From assembly GCA_951406725.2 (NCBI GenBank), contig OX597818.1, positions 84,568,001 to 84,632,000 on the forward strand: 64,000 bases of DNA, read 5' to 3'. The stretch is from Octopus vulgaris. Lineage: Eukaryota. Under the pieces are notes generated by a model that was not told the origin of the DNA, ran no database searches, and worked only from the letters and a program-made list of their open reading frames with translations. Both the position numbers and the translations under genes were made by a program. Shown here in pieces: positions 53,085 through 64,000 of the stretch (within the stretch, counting starts at the first letter, position 1; the number at the start of each line of letters is the position of its first letter).

Positions 53085-53562
53085 CATTGTTTTGTCTTGG
53101 TATAAAAGATGGGCTACAGCAAATATTCTGCTCTATACCACAGATTTGTTTGTCAGTTGTTTAACCTCAACCAGTTGAGCATGTCCCTTAGTAGCTGACG
53201 ATATGTACATCTCTGATCACGAGCAGAAGTAGTGGGGGAGCATCATAGCCCTGTATTGAGAGGAATTCCTTGGGGTTTGAATAATTCACCTTTGGAAACA
53301 TGGGTGTTTCGTTCAACATCCTTAAACAATCCTTATACAGGGACCCTTTGAGCGGGATAGGTTACTCGACCAGAAGAAAATTCTAACTGAGCCCCACCTG
53401 CAAGGTCATGTGCTGTTTATCTTGATATGAGATCACCATGTCACACACATGCGGTTGTGATGCATGTACCTGGTGTATCCTTATCAGACGGGTAGTCATG
53501 ATGGGTATACTGGGCTTCGTATATTTACCCCATGTCACTTTGATGGCATGCACTGCTCTCTC
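53085..53562 (+). mobile_element. unclassified interspersed repeat ending in (AAT)n, probably a non-LTR 3' end
   Basis: A second partial copy at about 58400-58560 shares tataaaagatgggctacagcaaatattctgctc.ataccacagatttg...ccagttgagcatgtc. Confidence 0.65.
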
Positions 53563-53584
53563 AATAATAATAATAATAATAATG

Positions 53585-53683
<99 letters not shown>

Positions 53684-55235
53684 GATGTTGATACAGTCAT
53701 AAGAGAGCTTGAGCAAGAACAAACATACAAATATTTAAGGATAAATGAAGGCTCTGGTATTCAGCATGCAAGCATGAAAGAGAAGATCAGGAAGGAATGT
53801 TATAGGATAGTTCGTACAGTCCTGAAATCTGAACTAAATGCACGTAACAAGGTGTTAGCTATAAATTCCTTAGCAGTTCCAGTTGTTACTTATAGCTACA
53901 ATGTGTTGAACTGGAATATGAGTGAAGTAAAGAATATAGATAGGAAAATACGCAAGCTGCTGAGTTGTAATAGGATGCACCACCCAAAGGCAGACGTAGA
54001 TCACCTTTACCTCCCCAGAGCCCAAGGAGGTCGAGGCCTGATCCAATTTGAACTAGCTTACAAAACAACCACAATTGGACTGGCCAAATATCTTGAAATA
54101 ACGAATGACTGGATGCTAAAGCTCGTGGAAAATCACGAGAGACGAAAGAAGCTTCATTCTATCATAAAGGAAAGCAAAATATTTGCTATTGATCTCGTGC
54201 AGGATACTCAAAATGAACAACCCGAGGGAAGTACGGCAACTATTGTTGCAAAGAAGGTGAAAATAATGGCAACGAAAAAAGCGCACGAGCAATTGGCTGA
54301 TAGGTGGGAGGAGAAACCTCTGCACGGCAAATATGTGGCCCGCAGCAAACAAGCTGATGTTGACCAGAAGCAAACCCATCAGTGGCTACGGAGCTCAGGG
54401 TTAAAAGCAGAGAGCGAAGGTTTTCATCCTGGCTGCTCAAGATCAAAGCCTATTAACCCGGAACTACCAGGCCAATGTGATAAAAAATGGAGCAGACCCA
54501 AAATGCCAATTCTGCAACGACATGATTGAAACAGTGGACCGCCTAATCTCTGGATGTAAAGTATTAGCACCAGTGGAGTATAAATTAAAACATGACAGAG
54601 TTGGCCAATATCTATTCTGGCTAATAAGTCGGCATTACAATATCAAAACTGCCGACAAGTGGTATAATCACCACCCTGAAGCTGTAACTGAAGGAGAAAA
54701 TGTAACGATTCTGTGGGACTTTCCAGTACATACAGAACGAACCATCAAAGCCAATAAACCAGATATTGTTGTGAAAGACCAAAACAATAAAGTTTGCTTA
54801 TTGATCGACATGAGCATCCCCTGTGATCATAATAGCTCGGCGAAAGAGTTTGACAAGCTCAGAAAATATAAAGACCTGCTCATTAAAATTGAGAAAATGT
54901 GGCATCTCAAGGTGGTTACAATACCAGTGATCGTAGGAGCACTAGGAATGATCAAGGAGGGAACCGAAAATTATACGAGAATGATCCCTGGCTTACCATC
55001 CCTGCAAGAAGTACAAAAGATTGTCTTAACTGGTATATCACACGTATTGAGAAGAGCATTGTCGATGTGAGAACTATTACTACCTATGTATTTTAATTTA
55101 ACTTTTTTAAAAAATGAACGAACTAGTGAGTTTAGTTTAATGGCCTACCAATGTATACTATGAGTTTCTTTGCCCTAGAAGTCGGGAAGACACTCTGCAA
55201 GAAATGGAAGCAAATTTGAAAGAAGAAAAAAAAAG
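53684..55235 (+). mobile_element. 5'-truncated Dong/R4-clade LINE (RT thumb, CCHC finger, restriction-like endonuclease) inserted in (TAA)n
   Basis: TYKYLRI; SELNARNKVLAINSLAVPVVTYS; HPKADVDHLYLPRAQGGRGL; WEEKPLHGKY; frameshift at about 54421 before ILAAQDQSL; CQFCNDMIETVDRLISGC; ILWDFPVHTERTIKANKPDIVV...LIDMSIP. Stop at 55070, then 3' UTR. AAT repeats flank both ends. Confidence 0.95.
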
Positions 55236-55287
<52 letters not shown>

Positions 55288-55337
55288 TGATAATAATAAT
55301 AATTTAGCTAATAAAGTAGTAGTAGTAGTAATAATAA

Positions 55338-55385
<48 letters not shown>

Positions 55386-56184
55386 CGTTAGAAATAAGTT
55401 TGGAATTATTTCGATTTGACCTCTTTGGATCCTTTTGTACACCGTTTTTAATCACAGTAATTTACGTGGAGTTTCATTTAACTGTGTACCTGTATAAGAA
55501 ATCGTTATTATTACTGTTGTGGTGGTGGTGGTGGTGGTGGTGGTGGCGGCGATGATTATTGTTGTTGTTGTTGTCGTTGTTGTTGCTTGTTGCTGCTATC
55601 GAGTCAGTATTCTTTATTTTCACTGCGTGCGTACTTTCAATTAATAACAGCACATTGCTACAAATGACATGATGGCGCATGTTGTGGACTTGGTTTGTTT
55701 TCTTGCTATTTTCTTTACTTCCTATCACTCGCTTGCTTGTTTGCCATCGTCATCGTCATCGTCATCATCGTCGTCGTCGTCGTCGTCGTTGCCGTTAAGC
55801 TAATTGATATGTGCAACTAACGTCCTTGGATTTCTTCCTAAGTGACATGTTAGCTTGGATTGATGGGTAAATTCATCAACAACTTCCTGTCCTCAAGAAG
55901 TCGAGCTTCCATAGCTATTACTGAATTATAACACCACCATCCATGCCACCTCTACCACCACCACCACCTACACCACCAGCACCAAGCTACAATTACGCCA
56001 CTACTAAAGCATTCATGCTCACAAAACAAAAGAAACTACCGACCGCAACCAAAGGACAGACAGCACAACAACAACAACAACAACAGCAGTAATTAAAATA
56101 CCTAACTATGATTAAACGAGGGAGCTTCTGCGTGGTTGATTGATCTATTAGAAATAGAAGCCAAATCTTTTATCTTTAATATTT

Positions 56185-56431
56185 TTGTTTCAGTCATTAG
56201 GCTGAAGACATGCTAGAGCTCCACCTTCAGGAATTTTAGTCAAGTGAATTGATCAGCCCAATAGATTTTTTTGTTTCCTTAAGCCTGGTACTTATTCTAT
56301 CGGTCATTTTTGCCGAATTGCTACATCGGTTGCCAAGCGACGGTGGGATTCAAACACAGACACAGATTCACACACATACACACACACACACATACATACT
56401 TACATACATACATACATACACACACATACAC

Positions 56432-56503
<72 letters not shown>

Positions 56504-56744
56504 ATACACTGTACAGGGTTGACCAGAAGCCACCAGACAGTAAATAAAAATTCCATAAATATTATCTGTAATTCTGTATTGACTGGAATGGAAAAAGGTG
56601 TCGCTCAAGAACTTCAGTTTGAACAATTTCCATGAAGCCTCATATTTAGATTATTTTATTAAATTCATTCACTAGTTTAACATAAATATATCTTGGAATT
56701 AAATGGTTTTTGATTTACTGTCAGTTGACTTTTGGCTAACCCTG

Positions 56745-56787
<43 letters not shown>

Positions 56788-56953
56788 ACATACATATACG
56801 ACAAGCTTTTTTAGTTTTTGTCTACCAACTCTACTCACAAGGCTTTGTTCGGCTCGAAGTTATAGAAGACACTTGCCTAATGTGTCATGCAGCGGGATTG
56901 AACCCGCAGCTATGTGGTTCGAAAGTAAACTTCTTAGCAAACAGCCACACCTG
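56185..56953 (-). mobile_element. SINE family A split by its (CA)n tract and an inserted MITE
   Basis: Tail at 56185-56365 and head at 56795-56953. Confidence 0.75.
56514..56744. mobile_element. Tc1/mariner-type MITE, about 42-bp TIRs, TA target duplication
   Basis: TA|cagggttgaccagaagccaccagacagtaaataaaaattccat ... atggtttttgatttactgtcagttgacttttggctaaccctg|TA. Confidence 0.88.
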
Positions 56954-56977
56954 CAGATTCGCATAATCCTTAAATAA

Positions 56978-57196
56978 TGGTTTCATATTTTAGCGCAATG
57001 CCAGCAATTTTAAGGGAGAGTAGTAGTCGATTACATCGACCTCAGTGTTAGACTGGTACTAATTTTATCGTTCCCGAAAGAATGAAAGGTAAAATCGACT
57101 TCCAAAGAGTTTGAACCCGGAATGCTGTAATGAGGTGGAAGCAATGTTGCTAAGCATTTTGGGCGACTGTCTAACAATTCTATCAGCTTCACACCT
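56978..57196 (-). mobile_element. SINE family B, decayed
   Basis: agtcgattacatcgacctcagtg...ctggtactaattttatcg..cccgaaagaatgaaagg. Confidence 0.75.
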
Positions 57197-57358
57197 TTAC
57201 ATAATGAATATTTTAACACGAAAAACGTCTACATGAAATAATGTAAAACTTGGAATTTCTTTATCTTGGAATGTCTTTTGGTCTTTTTGAACGCAGAACG
57301 TGAAGACAGGCGCTAAACATTTTGTACAGCGTGTTAATGATTTTTGCCACTCACCGCC

Positions 57359-57420
<62 letters not shown>

Positions 57421-57451
57421 CATCATCATCATCATCATCATCATCATTATT

Positions 57452-57848
57452 ATTTCAAATTTTTGCCACAAGGGCTGCTTTGGGGTGGTGGGGTTAAGTC
57501 GTTTACATCGATCCCAGTGTTAAACTGGTACTTATTTTATCGACCCCGAAAAGATAAAAGGCAAAGTCGACCTCGACGGAATTTAAACTGAGAACGTAGC
57601 GACGGGCGAAATACCTATTACTTTACTACCCACAAGGGGCTAAACACAGAGGGGACAAACAAGGACAGACAAACGGATTAAGTCGATTACATCGGCCCCA
57701 GTATGTAACTGGTACTTAATTTATCGACCCCGAAAGGATGAAAGGCAAAGTCGACCTCGGCGGAATTTGAACTCAGAACGTAACAGCAGACGAAATACGG
57801 CTACGCATTTCGCCCGGCGTGCTAACGTTTCTGCCAGCTCGCAGCCTT
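57452..57848 (-). mobile_element. SINE family B copy nested in another family B copy
   Basis: The older copy stops at gaaatacc (about 57616). A well-preserved copy with the cccacaaggggctaaacacagagggg tail then runs to 57848. Confidence 0.85.
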
Positions 57849-57895
57849 GATAATAATAATAACAAAAATAATAATAATGATGATGATAATAATAT

Positions 57896-58044
<149 letters not shown>

Positions 58045-58072
58045 ATTAATTCTTTTATTCTTATTATTATTA

Positions 58073-58104
<32 letters not shown>

Positions 58105-58134
58105 TATAATAATAATAATAATAATAATAATAAT

Positions 58135-58350
58135 GGTTACAATTTTCTGGTTCAAAGCCAGTAATTTTGAGGGAAGGTGTAAGTCGATTACATCGACCCC
58201 AGTGCTCAACTTCTATTTATTTTATTGATCTCGAAAGGATGAAAGACAAATTCAACCTCGGCGGTATCTGAACTCAGAACGTAAAGACAGACGAAATGCC
58301 GCTAAGCATTTTGTCCGGTGTGCTAACGATTCTCCCAGCGCGCCGCCTTA
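58135..58350 (-). mobile_element. SINE family B
   Basis: aagtcgattacatcgaccccagtgctcaac...gaactcagaacgtaaagacagacgaaatgccgctaagcatttt...gcgccgcc. Confidence 0.85.
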
Positions 58351-58879
58351 ATAATATTACCGAGCAGTGGCTCTCATAATTTTTTATCTTAACTGATTGG
58401 AAGTGTTTTTTTATGTACATGCTTTGTCTTAGTATAAAAGATGGGCTACAGCAAATATTCTGCTCAATACCACAGATTTGCTCGTCAGTTGCTTGACCTT
58501 AACCAGTTGAGCATGTCTCTTAGTGGCTGATGATATGTGCATCTCTAATCATGAGGAGAATACATAAAATATGATAATTTTGTAAGAATGATCTATTGAG
58601 GTAATTTATTGAGATGATTTATTGAGAGTTGTGAGGCAAGTATAGATTAGAGAGATTGGATAGACAGGGCCATAACAGAAAACACTTGCCCTAGGTACCT
58701 TGCAATAGGACTGAACCACGTGTTTACAAAATGAGCTTCTTAACCGCACAGAAATACCTCCGATTATGTAGAATATATTGTAAAAATATTCGCATTGGAA
58801 ACGTCAATACATAATTGAAACGATACGTTTCTATAAAAGGACAGGCAACTAAGACCAAACAGGGAATTTCACAGCTTCA

Positions 58880-59330
58880 GAACTGTCCTAATTACCAAGC
58901 GCAAGTGATTTCTCTCACTTGTGTTCCACGGTTTACATATAGCGAGTGTAAAGAGGCCCATTTTATCTGGGCCATTCTTAACACTCTAAACCATCTTCCA
59001 ACAATTTCTCTGGAGGCCAGCACTTTCTCCTCCACCCTCAAAATGGTGACGGTGGCTATAGTGAAACGCAACTGTCTTTATCCACTCCGTCCTTTCGAAA
59101 TAAATACCGTTTTAACCACCAAATAGAGGAAAAATACGTGTCCTCTCCAGACAAAGGAAGGCGTTATCAGTCAAGTTCATCGTGATGGTGACCAACACAA
59201 TGAATTTCGCAGATAGACGCATCCGTTCTACATGTCACCATAGCTGTTTGGTATAACTACATAAGCCAGCAATGCTTGATCGCCAACGGGGTGCGGGCAG
59301 AATGGTTGCATCGCCTTACGCTCATCAATA
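58880..59330 (+). pseudogene. possible L1/Tx1 ORF2 C-terminal relic
   Basis: FHGLHIAS...AILNTLNHLPTIS...LKMVTVAIVK loosely resembles the zf-RVT region (ET..H....CP); heavily decayed. Confidence 0.3.
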
Positions 59331-59430
59331 TTTCGTTAATTAAAAATGGTATAGAATATGTGTGTGTATATATATGTGTGTGTGTGTGCATGTGTATGTG
59401 TTAGTGTCTGCGTGCGAATGTGTGCGTGTG

Positions 59431-59464
<34 letters not shown>

Positions 59465-59714
59465 CTCACATGTTTTTATGATAGGGCTTCACTGGAACAC
59501 GCATCGGGTTTCAGGTAAAATTAATTTTATGATATTTATCCTCGAGGAAGCCATATTTTACGCCAAGTTACTCAGGATGAAATCATCATTTCTATGGATA
59601 TAAATCTAGCTCTTTCCTTTTCTTTCTCTTTAACCCTCAGCTTTTCCTCCCCCTCCTTTTATTTCTTCCTCTTCTTTGTCTTCTTCGTCTCTTTACTGCC
59701 GTCGTTGTTGTTGT

Positions 59715-59930
59715 TAAGGTAGCGAACTGATAGAATATTTAGCACGCCAGGCAATATGCTTAGCGGTATTTCGTCGGTCTTTACGTTCTGAGTTCAAATT
59801 CAGCAGAGGTAGACTTTGCCTTTCATCCTTTCGGGGTCGATAAACTAAGTACCAGTCAGGTACTGGAGTCAAAGGGATCGATTATCCTCCTCCCCCAAAT
59901 TTCAGAACTCGTGCCTTTAGTAGAAAGGAC
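59715..59930 (+). mobile_element. SINE family B, near full length
   Basis: aaggtagcgaactgatagaat...tacgttctgagttcaaattc...gactttgcctttcatcctttcggggtcgataaactaagtaccag. Confidence 0.88.
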
Positions 59931-59965
<35 letters not shown>

Positions 59966-59967
<2 letters not shown>

Positions 59968-60478
59968 GCTATTCAGCAGTCTTATTTTCATCATGTGCTT
60001 TCACTGCACTACGGAGCAAGGGCTCTGTTTGCCTTGGGTATGTGCTGTGGTTTGTTGTGGTGCTCTTATTTTCACTGTATTGAAAGTGTTTTACGTAGGA
60101 TATGTGCCGTGCCTAGGAATGTCATTTTCTTGTAGGTCTTGGAGTTTTTATGCATCATACCTAATGCGCCTACTATAATAGGAATTGTTTGGTTTTTAGG
60201 CTCCACATTCGAGTTACTTCTATTTCCAGATCGTATTTTGAAAGTTTCTACGTTTCTTTTAAAGAAACATTGTCATCTGTTGGCATTGATACATCGATTA
60301 GAAATCATCTTTTTTTCATGGTGTCTTCTGACAACTATATCCTGCCTGTTGGCCTTAATTACTGTGTATTGGCATTTTCCAGAGTATGGTTGCTTTCTCA
60401 TTTTCTGTGACATTTTCTGGGGTGTGCCTATACCATCTTTTGTCTTTTGTTATTCCATAGTGCTAGCATAGTTTCCAG
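59966..60478 (-). mobile_element. Dong/R4 LINE 3' fragment (endonuclease) between (TAA)n tracts
   Basis: Minus strand HYGITKDKRWYRHTPENVTENEKATILW...IKANRQDIVV...LIDVSMPTDDN...IPIIVGALGM; homologous to 54630-55070 but with a different 3' UTR. Confidence 0.9.
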
Positions 60479-60488
60479 TGTATTATTA

Positions 60489-60662
<174 letters not shown>

Positions 60663-61269
60663 GTGTTATTCGCTGTGGAATACGTAAGACGTTCTTTCGA
60701 ACACGTTTTGTAAGTTATGCTTTAAACTGTGTTTTTCAAATATATGTTATTAATTTTTGTTATAAACTGACAATAAGAACACCAGGAACCTTTTGGCAGG
60801 TGTTCAGTGGTTGTTTCTGTCCCGTAAGGGGCAGTATTTATTCATTTCATTTATTCATTTATTTATTCATTTAATTGCACTCAGAAAATCTTATGTAAAT
60901 AAACACAAACACACAACATGGCGTCGTCATCATCACTATTACCATCGGCATCAGTAGCCATCATGAAACCTTGAAGAGGAAAGCTGATCCTCACACCAGC
61001 CCTCCTACAGAAGATTTCTCTGCTCCCCCATATCACTCACTCCAAGCGACAACAACAACAGCAACAATGGCAGCAGCAGCAGCCCAAGCAATGTGTGAGA
61101 GCACGCGACGCATGCGAAATCAGCAGCAATAACAGCGAGAATGCGAAGACGGAAAAGAGAGAGAGAGAGAGAAGATTGTAGAAATAACAGCAACACCATA
61201 ACATGTATTGACACCTGAGAAACAGAAATCACCAACACGACGACAAACAACAATTGAACGAATTTTAAA

Positions 61270-61760
61270 TAATTTCCGACATAGCCAACTATAAAAAGGA
61301 ATGTTTCCGCTGGCCCTTGATGAAAAAGCGAAAGAATTTCGCTCAAGCCAAAAGATCATAAAAATCGAGTGGGATAAGATAGCGGTTCTTGTGTCTCCAG
61401 AGTTGTTGGAAATGAAATACAAAAAAAAAATGTGCCTCGCGCAAGAACAGGCGAACAGAAATAGCATCTATATGTCAAGTGGAAGAGATTTTGAAGGTCA
61501 TCATAGAATACGTGGCCCACTTACAAAGAGACAGACAATATGTTAGCATCGAGGTTCACTTCAAAACCATTAAAATGCTACTCCTGCCGGAAAACATGGA
61601 AAAAATCCCGGACCTTATACAGCTGTCCAACGTGTTATAACAGAAGACAGAAAGCCTAAGTGCGACATTTCTGAGACCACAAGCCACCTGAGGGCTTTCT
61701 GCACAAAAAAGACAGGAAGCACGAGGCCACTCCCACCACCCAAACAAAACCCTCAACAAC
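61270..61760 (+). pseudogene. LINE ORF1 (gag-like) relic with degenerate CCHC knuckle
   Basis: ENMEKIPDLIQL ... RVITEDRKPKCDISETTSHLRAFCTKK (C-x2-[C to S]-x4-H-x4-C), preceded by a low-complexity Q/S-rich region from about 60920. Confidence 0.5.
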
Positions 61761-61959
61761 AGCAACAACTGAGACAACATGCCACACGCAGCCTCATTTT
61801 CAGGTGAAGCACAAAAACAGTAGGGATAACCATACAGGGTGCCACTCAAACCAGTACTCCACCTCCTCTCTCAAGCACACATTCACACGGCGATGCTCAC
61901 ACAAACACAGACTCACACATACCGAGATGATTCCACAGACACTGGTGCCTCCACATCGC

Positions 61960-63879
61960 GTAGCGATTGGATTTTATTCTATCCAGGAAGAGGAGGTGGT
62001 TGCTTGCTTGGGCTTTTTCCTTTAGTTGGCACTCAAGGTTCATTTTCCTGAGTACCAAGGTCAGGGGTATCATATAGAGTATGAGAAGCAACAGAGATAG
62101 GCTGTCACCCCGGAAAATCCCTCTTCTGATACCAAGGGTGCCCAAGCTTTTTCCGTAAGATGTCAGTTCAGATTTCCATCCCACCATACTTCTCTTCAGG
62201 AAACACGTTACATTCCTCGCAATTCCAAACAGATATAAGCACTCGATGATCCACAAATGTGGAATCATGTTATGAGCTTTGCGATAGTCAATCTAGGCCA
62301 TTCCCATATTTGTTCCCTTTTGTTTACAATCTTGCATTACCATTTTGTCTATCAATAATTAATTTTTGGTACTTCCTTCTACAGCCTTTTTGTTACGGTG
62401 GTAATACATCGTTCTCATCAAGAAAATTATACATTTCTTCTGCAATTCCTCTTGACAGTAACTTCCACATTAATAGGATGCAGGAAATTGGTCTGTAATT
62501 GTCAGCAACATTTCCTTCGGGAACATCACTTTTCTCAACTAGCTCAGGATTTCATCTTCTCTATTGATCAATGCATTAAATTGCTCTGCGATCAATTTAT
62601 AGCAATTACTGAACTTTTTTATCAAAAATATGTGTATACAACCAGACCCTGGTGCTTTCTAGCTGCTTATCTTTTTTACTTGTATTTCTAATACTGTCTT
62701 CTGTGAAGTGGATAGCCTCTTTCTAGGGATAAAAAGCTGTTTGCTTCAGAGCCATTCAATTGTAGTATTATGTTGTTCTTGCTTATTCCATATCTTTCCC
62801 CAAAAAGTCGACTTTCATCAGCATCAGGGACTAATCTTTCATGTTTTTTATCGTCATTGATAAGATCTTTTTTTGTCGATTCTAAACAATTTTTTTTTTT
62901 TGCTGGTATTGCTTAATCTGTTGTTCAAACCTATTTCCTTGTTTTGCATGTTGCACTGCTTCAGTTTTTCAATTACAATATTCAGGCCTTTTTGTATCTC
63001 CACCATACTGCCTAACTTTTTCGAATTTCCATTCATTCTTAAGTTCTCCATTTCTTTTCCTGATAAGTATTGATACTACACTGTTGAAGGACTTTATATC
63101 TTCAGAAATTCTCCTCTTCCACCACGGTTGTTTATTTCCTTTTCTATCCGTCGCTTTTCTATTCTCAATAGTTCTCAATCTCATCCTTTCCACCACAATC
63201 CCACTGGCAGCCTTGATATGATTATTTGTTTGTGTGATGTTCTTTGTTTCAACTTGTTACCGAACAATATAGACTTTATTCGTCTCTTGATTTAGTCTCT
63301 ATTGATTTGCCCTTTAAAGTCGCACACAAATTCTCTCCCTTCTGTATTTAATAGATCCACAATTCTGTGTACTACTAATCGATCTTCATTATTTGAGTAG
63401 TCACTGATCTCAATTCTTTCACAATTCACGGTATTATATTCATGCGGACAATTGTCCCTCTCTTCCACTATATTACTTTCATTTCTCGCATGCCCAACCT
63501 CACCCGATATCCTTCTTTTAATAGCTTCTAGCACCAATTCTGTTAACCATCCATTCTTTCGATTTACTCTAACTTGGTCACATAACCTCTATTCAGTAAT
63601 TTCGAACAATTTCATTGCCTTCCATTCATGTGCACTCTTTCGTTTTCTGTACCCTCTGACAGGCACACCATTCGTATCCACTGGGGTGCTCCGGTAGTAA
63701 CACTCTATAACCATCATGCTTACTTGTTTACTCCACCTATGACTTGTAGCACGGCTAACAGTTGCTCGATTACGTCCGGGTCCACCCTACTGTACAGTGG
63801 AGCACCTGCCGGGTGTTGCACCTTCACCACTGGTTCCAGTCCCGTTCACACCGTTATCATCAGTTATTTTACTTGACAT
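61960..63879 (-). mobile_element. Dong/R4-clade LINE 5' half (N-terminus through RT), decayed
   Basis: ATG at 63879 (MSSKITDDNGVNG); ECYYRSTP...RGYRKR; KQPWWKRRISEDI; NLGMA*IDYRKAHNMIPHLWI; RRGIFRGDSLSLLL; NHLLFLD (cf. GIFQGDSLSP...HLLFMDD). Confidence 0.9.
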
Positions 63880-64000
63880 TTTCACTCAAAAATGTTTTTT
63901 ATCTTTAGGTTACTACAAACCGGTTTTTTTTTTCGAGACACCACTTCTATCAAGGTACTCTGCCAAGGTGGCAGGGTCCTTGCTCCTCTGGTTTTGGACT

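Noticed and set aside
53438-54529. 363-aa ORF as a host gene
   Set aside because: It is a chimera of a repeat, (AAT)n read-through and Dong/R4 LINE coding sequence.

Overview
AT-rich eukaryotic DNA made almost entirely of repeats. The SINE families, the Dong/R4, RTE and Penelope-like relics and the very high microsatellite density suggest an octopus (cephalopod) genome; this is an inference, not a database result. No intact host protein-coding gene, rRNA, true tRNA gene or CRISPR array is recognisable, and nearly all ORFs in the supplied track are microsatellite read-through. Recognisable content: at least five SINE families; decayed mariner, hAT and Tigger/pogo transposases; Tc1/mariner- and piggyBac-type MITEs; non-autonomous Helitrons and a Helentron-associated element; Dong/R4, RTE and L1/Tx1-like LINE fragments; a Penelope-like element (RT thumb plus GIY-YIG); and a 2-kb foldback element built from CCAAT/AP-1 subrepeats. 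The most striking signal is more than a dozen minimal hammerhead-ribozyme (HHR) motifs with palindromic or very short stem III. Several sequence-unrelated families share one architecture: two HHRs back-to-back and pointing outwards in the arms of a palindrome, often in or next to microsatellites (10.9, 28.0-29.0, 29.2, 38.6 and 49-50 kb, plus a partial case at 7.5 kb). A unique, motif-dense stretch at about 47.1-47.35 kb and an ATG plus GTAAGT micro-exon at about 37.0 kb hint at the 5' end of a minus-strand host gene. All motif and structure calls were made by eye; coordinates of decayed elements are approximate.
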